In this document: positions 37,092 to 39,823 of the stretch, piece after piece
Layout: each line of letters opens with the position of its first letter
How positions within the stretch are numbered: position 1 is the stretch's first letter
Source: PVC group bacterium
GTDB taxonomy: Bacteria; Auribacterota; Erginobacteria; Erginobacterales; Erginobacteraceae
Assembly: GCA_043804695.1 (NCBI GenBank)
Contig: JAZDIV010000063.1
Location: 1 to 39,823 of the forward strand
DNA length: 39,823 bases
Direction: 5' to 3'
Notes under the pieces: model-generated
The model's database searches: none
Seen by the model: only the letters and a program-made list of their open reading frames with translations
What the model was told of the DNA's origin: nothing
Translations under genes and position numbers: made by a program

Positions 37092-37679
37092 TCAGCCGAC
37101 CGTCGCATCATTGAACGCTCTTTCCAGTAAATTGCCGAGATTTAATTCCCGGGCCCAGTGATGGAGATATTCCCTATCGAGAGAATCCCCCTGGACCGTG
37201 ATAATCCCCAGAACGTCATCCCATTGCCGTTCGGACACTTCGCCGCCCCTTCGATACCAGTCAAGTTTCACCAGTATTAGATCCTCGGGGGATATAAGAT
37301 AGAATTCTTCATCTTCCCGATCTTCAGCCAGGCCATCCTTTCTTCTCCTCCGGAACAGTTCACGGCTGTATGGATTGTCCCCGGAGACAAAAACATCCAC
37401 CTTGATCATGGTGTCAAGATGGATCAGGTTGAAAGAAGAATGTCTCTTTATCGCGTCCAAAATAGATTCTTCATCAATATAGTAGGTTGATTGAAGTTTT
37501 TCTACCAGTGAGCGAACCTGGGGCAGCTTTATATCGGAGGCCAGGTCAACATCGAGTGTCGACCTGGCTTTGCCGTACGCGGAGCCGGCGACGGAGCCGC
37601 CGATATAATAGTGAATGCCCAGATCCTCGAAAGCCGATATGACCGGTCTTAAAGCGGCCAACATGTCGGGAGATTTCAT
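37092..37679 (-). CDS. Nucleotidyltransferase-fold putative toxin (MenT1/AbiEii-like)
   Basis: IGGSVA..YG..RSTLDVD, VDVF, SPEDLILVKL, RQW.D; 4-bp overlap with the upstream small gene. Confidence 0.75.
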   Translation of the reverse strand: MKSPDMLAALRPVISAFEDLGIHYYIGGSVAGSAYGKARSTLDVDLASDIKLPQVRSLVEKLQSTYYIDEESILDAIKRHSSFNLIHLDTMIKVDVFVSGDNPYSRELFRRRRKDGLAEDREDEEFYLISPEDLILVKLDWYRRGGEVSERQWDDVLGIITVQGDSLDREYLHHWARELNLGNLLERAFNDATVG

Positions 37680-37933
37680 GCCTTCCCCCGTTTCAGATAA
37701 TCCCGAAGCCGATCTGCCAGATCGCTTCCGTAATGAAGCGAGATGAACTGCAGGTTGACCTCATCTTCGTTCATTTGCGGGTTTGCTCGCGCGATCGCCC
37801 GCCGCGATAACCGGATAACCGTCCGGGAAAGAGAGCGCGCGAGCGAAAATCTCTCGGCTACGCTCGCCTGCCGGAGAAGATCGAGCTGAACTTTTTCCGC
37901 GGAAGAATTTGTATCATAGGTTTGAATATTCAT
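37676..37933 (-). CDS. Small helical putative antitoxin (MenA1-like)
   Basis: 85 aa, DT...AE.VQ..LLR....ER...A..L....R.AI...NP...E.E; translationally coupled to the NTase gene. Confidence 0.7.
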   Translation of the reverse strand: MNIQTYDTNSSAEKVQLDLLRQASVAERFSLARSLSRTVIRLSRRAIARANPQMNEDEVNLQFISLHYGSDLADRLRDYLKRGKA

Positions 37934-37939
37934 AACGTA

Positions 37940-38040
37940 TACCGATTACATATTTATTAGACCAAATTCAAAGAAAAAATGATAACACCTTTCGGTTTTG
38001 CGATTAATGTGATTTCTCTACCGAAATAACCGGGTTATAC
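37940..38040. repeat. Non-coding module B, copy 1
   Basis: taacac(c)tttcggttttgcgattRatgtgatt...taaccgggtt shared with 39247-39348. Confidence 0.75.
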
Positions 38041-38071
38041 TGACTAATACTATATAGAGTTGTAAATTCAA

Positions 38072-39175
38072 CTATTCTACCTTCTTAGTTACAGAATTCA
38101 GATTGATTATTTTAGGCTTCTGATAATCCTTTTTTAAAATAATAAGTTTGTTTGTGGGACGGTGGTAGTCCCATATAAGACTTGACCAACTACCTGAGGC
38201 TATTTGTTCTGCTTGGCCGTCTAATTTTAGTTGAATAAGAGAAGTGTCCAAACTAGAAGTGCTATTCTCAAAGAGTATGTTCTCAGGGAAAGCTGTCCAT
38301 TGAAGATTATATATCCATCCCACACCACGCCAGATCTCTTTTTCTGAGGAACCATTTAAGTCAACAGTCCAGATTCCAGCAACATCTTGTGGATGACGAC
38401 CACCAGGATGTTTAGCATCAGAATTTATGCTTCCATCGCGATAGAATATTGAATAAACAATGTACTTTGCATCGGGAGAAATCACGGCACCCATATAAAA
38501 TCCGTCCGGAGTCGATGAAACAATTCGATCACTCATATTAGTTATGTCAAGAACATGCAATTCATTACCGTCGAACCTGCTCCTGCCCGTTTCATATAAA
38601 AAATATCTCCCATCTGTAGACCAACATAAACCGTAAAAATTCGACCCTCCGGATAGGAAGGGCCGTCTGGATACCAAGATCGTATCAACTATTTTATCAA
38701 GCGATCGAATATGAATACCCGTATCGTCGGTATAATAGAATTCTTCACTATTTGGAAGCCAGCCTTGAGACATTGGAGCGGGGCTTTCAAACTGTTTTTT
38801 GAAAATATGTTTACTATTCAACTTATCATAAATAATTAGCTCATTATCCTTCTCATAAAGAAGGTAACAACCGTTTGGAGACGGGAATAAACTTTTTCTA
38901 TCAAGACCACCAGATATATGTCCGGAATCAATTTTCTTCTTTTTAGATAGATCATGCCGTGCATGATATATGCGGGAATATCTGTAAGGTTCGGGGCCAC
39001 TCAGAAACCGTTGTTCAAGATAATAAATATGATCACCATCTGCATCCCATCGAATTTCTTCTATTCCCCCACTGTAAGGAATGCCACATCCGTAAATCAA
39101 GAGGGGAAGTGATAGAATCAAAACAAGATTAATCAATAGCCGCATCATCGTAGTGATCACATAGTTATCAGACAA
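38072..39175 (-). CDS. TolB/WD40-like beta-propeller lipoprotein (AT-rich; likely start ATG 39148)
   Basis: Signal peptide with LIYGC lipobox; repeats WDADGD.IYY, PSPNG.YLLY, WLPNS, WSTDGRY, ISPDAKYIVY. Confidence 0.75.
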   Translation of the reverse strand: MSDNYVITTMMRLLINLVLILSLPLLIYGCGIPYSGGIEEIRWDADGDHIYYLEQRFLSGPEPYRYSRIYHARHDLSKKKKIDSGHISGGLDRKSLFPSPNGCYLLYEKDNELIIYDKLNSKHIFKKQFESPAPMSQGWLPNSEEFYYTDDTGIHIRSLDKIVDTILVSRRPFLSGGSNFYGLCWSTDGRYFLYETGRSRFDGNELHVLDITNMSDRIVSSTPDGFYMGAVISPDAKYIVYSIFYRDGSINSDAKHPGGRHPQDVAGIWTVDLNGSSEKEIWRGVGWIYNLQWTAFPENILFENSTSSLDTSLIQLKLDGQAEQIASGSWSSLIWDYHRPTNKLIILKKDYQKPKIINLNSVTKKVE

Positions 39176-39246
39176 AATCTATAGAATAAGTCTTATCACG
39201 CCTTTCTTTCACATTCGCGGTCTTATTAACTGGTTGTCAGGACACT

Positions 39247-39348
39247 GTACCGACTATGTTTTTATTATGCCAAATATAAAAAAAGAGGAGTAACACTTTC
39301 GGTTTTGCGATTGATGTGATTCCCTTCCTTTAGTAACCGGGTTTTTAC
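39247..39348. repeat. Non-coding module B, copy 2
   Basis: Homologous to 37940-38040, same orientation. Confidence 0.75.
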
Positions 39349-39389
39349 CTCCCGGCGCCAGGAGGAGGCGATGTTCTGTGATTATGGTT

Positions 39390-39636
39390 ATACGCCTCCT
39401 TTCTTCTCCGAATTATACCGCTTCATCCGATTTCCTGGAAGAAAAATGTGCTATGCATTAGACAAATCGTTTCGATCGAAACGATTTGTCTAATACTCAT
39501 GGTTGAAAGCAATTGAAGGAGCCGTAATACGGCGGCGGGACGGGTGGGTAAAAATATTGGTTGGGGGGATTATGACGAGCTTATGATAGCCGTTGAACTG
39601 ATTCACCCACGACACAAGGTCGTGGGGGTCTTTGGT
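39390..39636. repeat. Non-coding module A, copy 2 (minus-strand promoter, 38-bp perfect palindrome, ATTCACCCAC hairpin)
   Basis: Homologous to 36775-37032; palindrome at 39457-39494. Confidence 0.75.
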
Positions 39637-39683
39637 TGGGGGCGAAAGTCTTAGCTGAGGAACTCATTCACCCACGGGCAAGC

Positions 39684-39823
39684 CCTGCCCTTATCCCGGA
39701 AAAAAAGCTGGACAAAACTACATTTGCCATCTATATAGGTGGCATGAAAACACAAAATCAGATCAAAAGGAGTCTCGGCCGGCCCGATGTCATCGAGCAT
39801 ATCAAAAAAATGCTGAACGTCAA
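39684..39823 (+). mobile_element. Probable left end of an IS4-family element with truncated transposase ORF from ATG 39744
   Basis: ORF start MKTQNQIKRSLGRPDVIEHIKKML resembles the QNQIKRTL-type N-terminus I recall from long DUF4338-containing IS4 transposases. The candidate left IR cctgcccttatcc interrupts a cccacgggcaagccc hairpin. Only 26 codons are visible. Confidence 0.5.

Noticed and set aside
36899..37111. 70-aa ORF downstream of the NTase gene
   Set aside because: It runs through the non-coding hairpin module and has no protein-like features.
39270..39400. Small leader ORF after AAGGAGG on the minus strand
   Set aside because: The position expected for the start is ATA, and the peptide is not conserved in the other module copies.
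36716..39660. Classical integron attC array
   Set aside because: No RYYYAAC...GTTRRRY boxes directly after stop codons, and no integrase in the window.

Overview
GC-rich chromosomal window from an anaerobic diderm bacterium. The FG-GAP-like C-terminal repeat style suggests a PVC-related candidate lineage such as Ca. Auribacterota, but this is inference only. 2.2-17.7 kb holds a co-oriented Wood-Ljungdahl CODH/ACS cluster: cooC-cooS-cooF-FAD/NAD oxidoreductase-acsB-acsC-acsV-acsD-acsE-folD, then a stand-alone BioD/DRTGG Pta-N protein. acsC has a 1-nt frameshift near its 3' end. Next come a PAS hybrid kinase, two orphan family-3 solute-binding proteins, a Cas4-like PD-(D/E)XK nuclease, lysE, a receiver protein, a FadL-family porin, a beta-barrel protein, doxX, rpiB/rpe, a nucleoside kinase, pstSCAB and a hexokinase. 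The AT-rich right end (36.1-39.8 kb) has two lipoprotein genes and a MenA1/MenT1-like toxin-antitoxin pair. These are arranged around duplicated non-coding modules containing long perfect TCGATCGA-centred palindromes, followed by the probable start of an IS4-family element. Many intergenic spacers hold small palindromic elements: GNA-triloop mini-hairpins that overlap start or stop signals, 7/8-mer inverted tandem repeats, and REP/RPE-like elements. One 94-bp element occurs as an inverted pair bracketing cooS-folD. No rRNA, tRNA or CRISPR array was seen.
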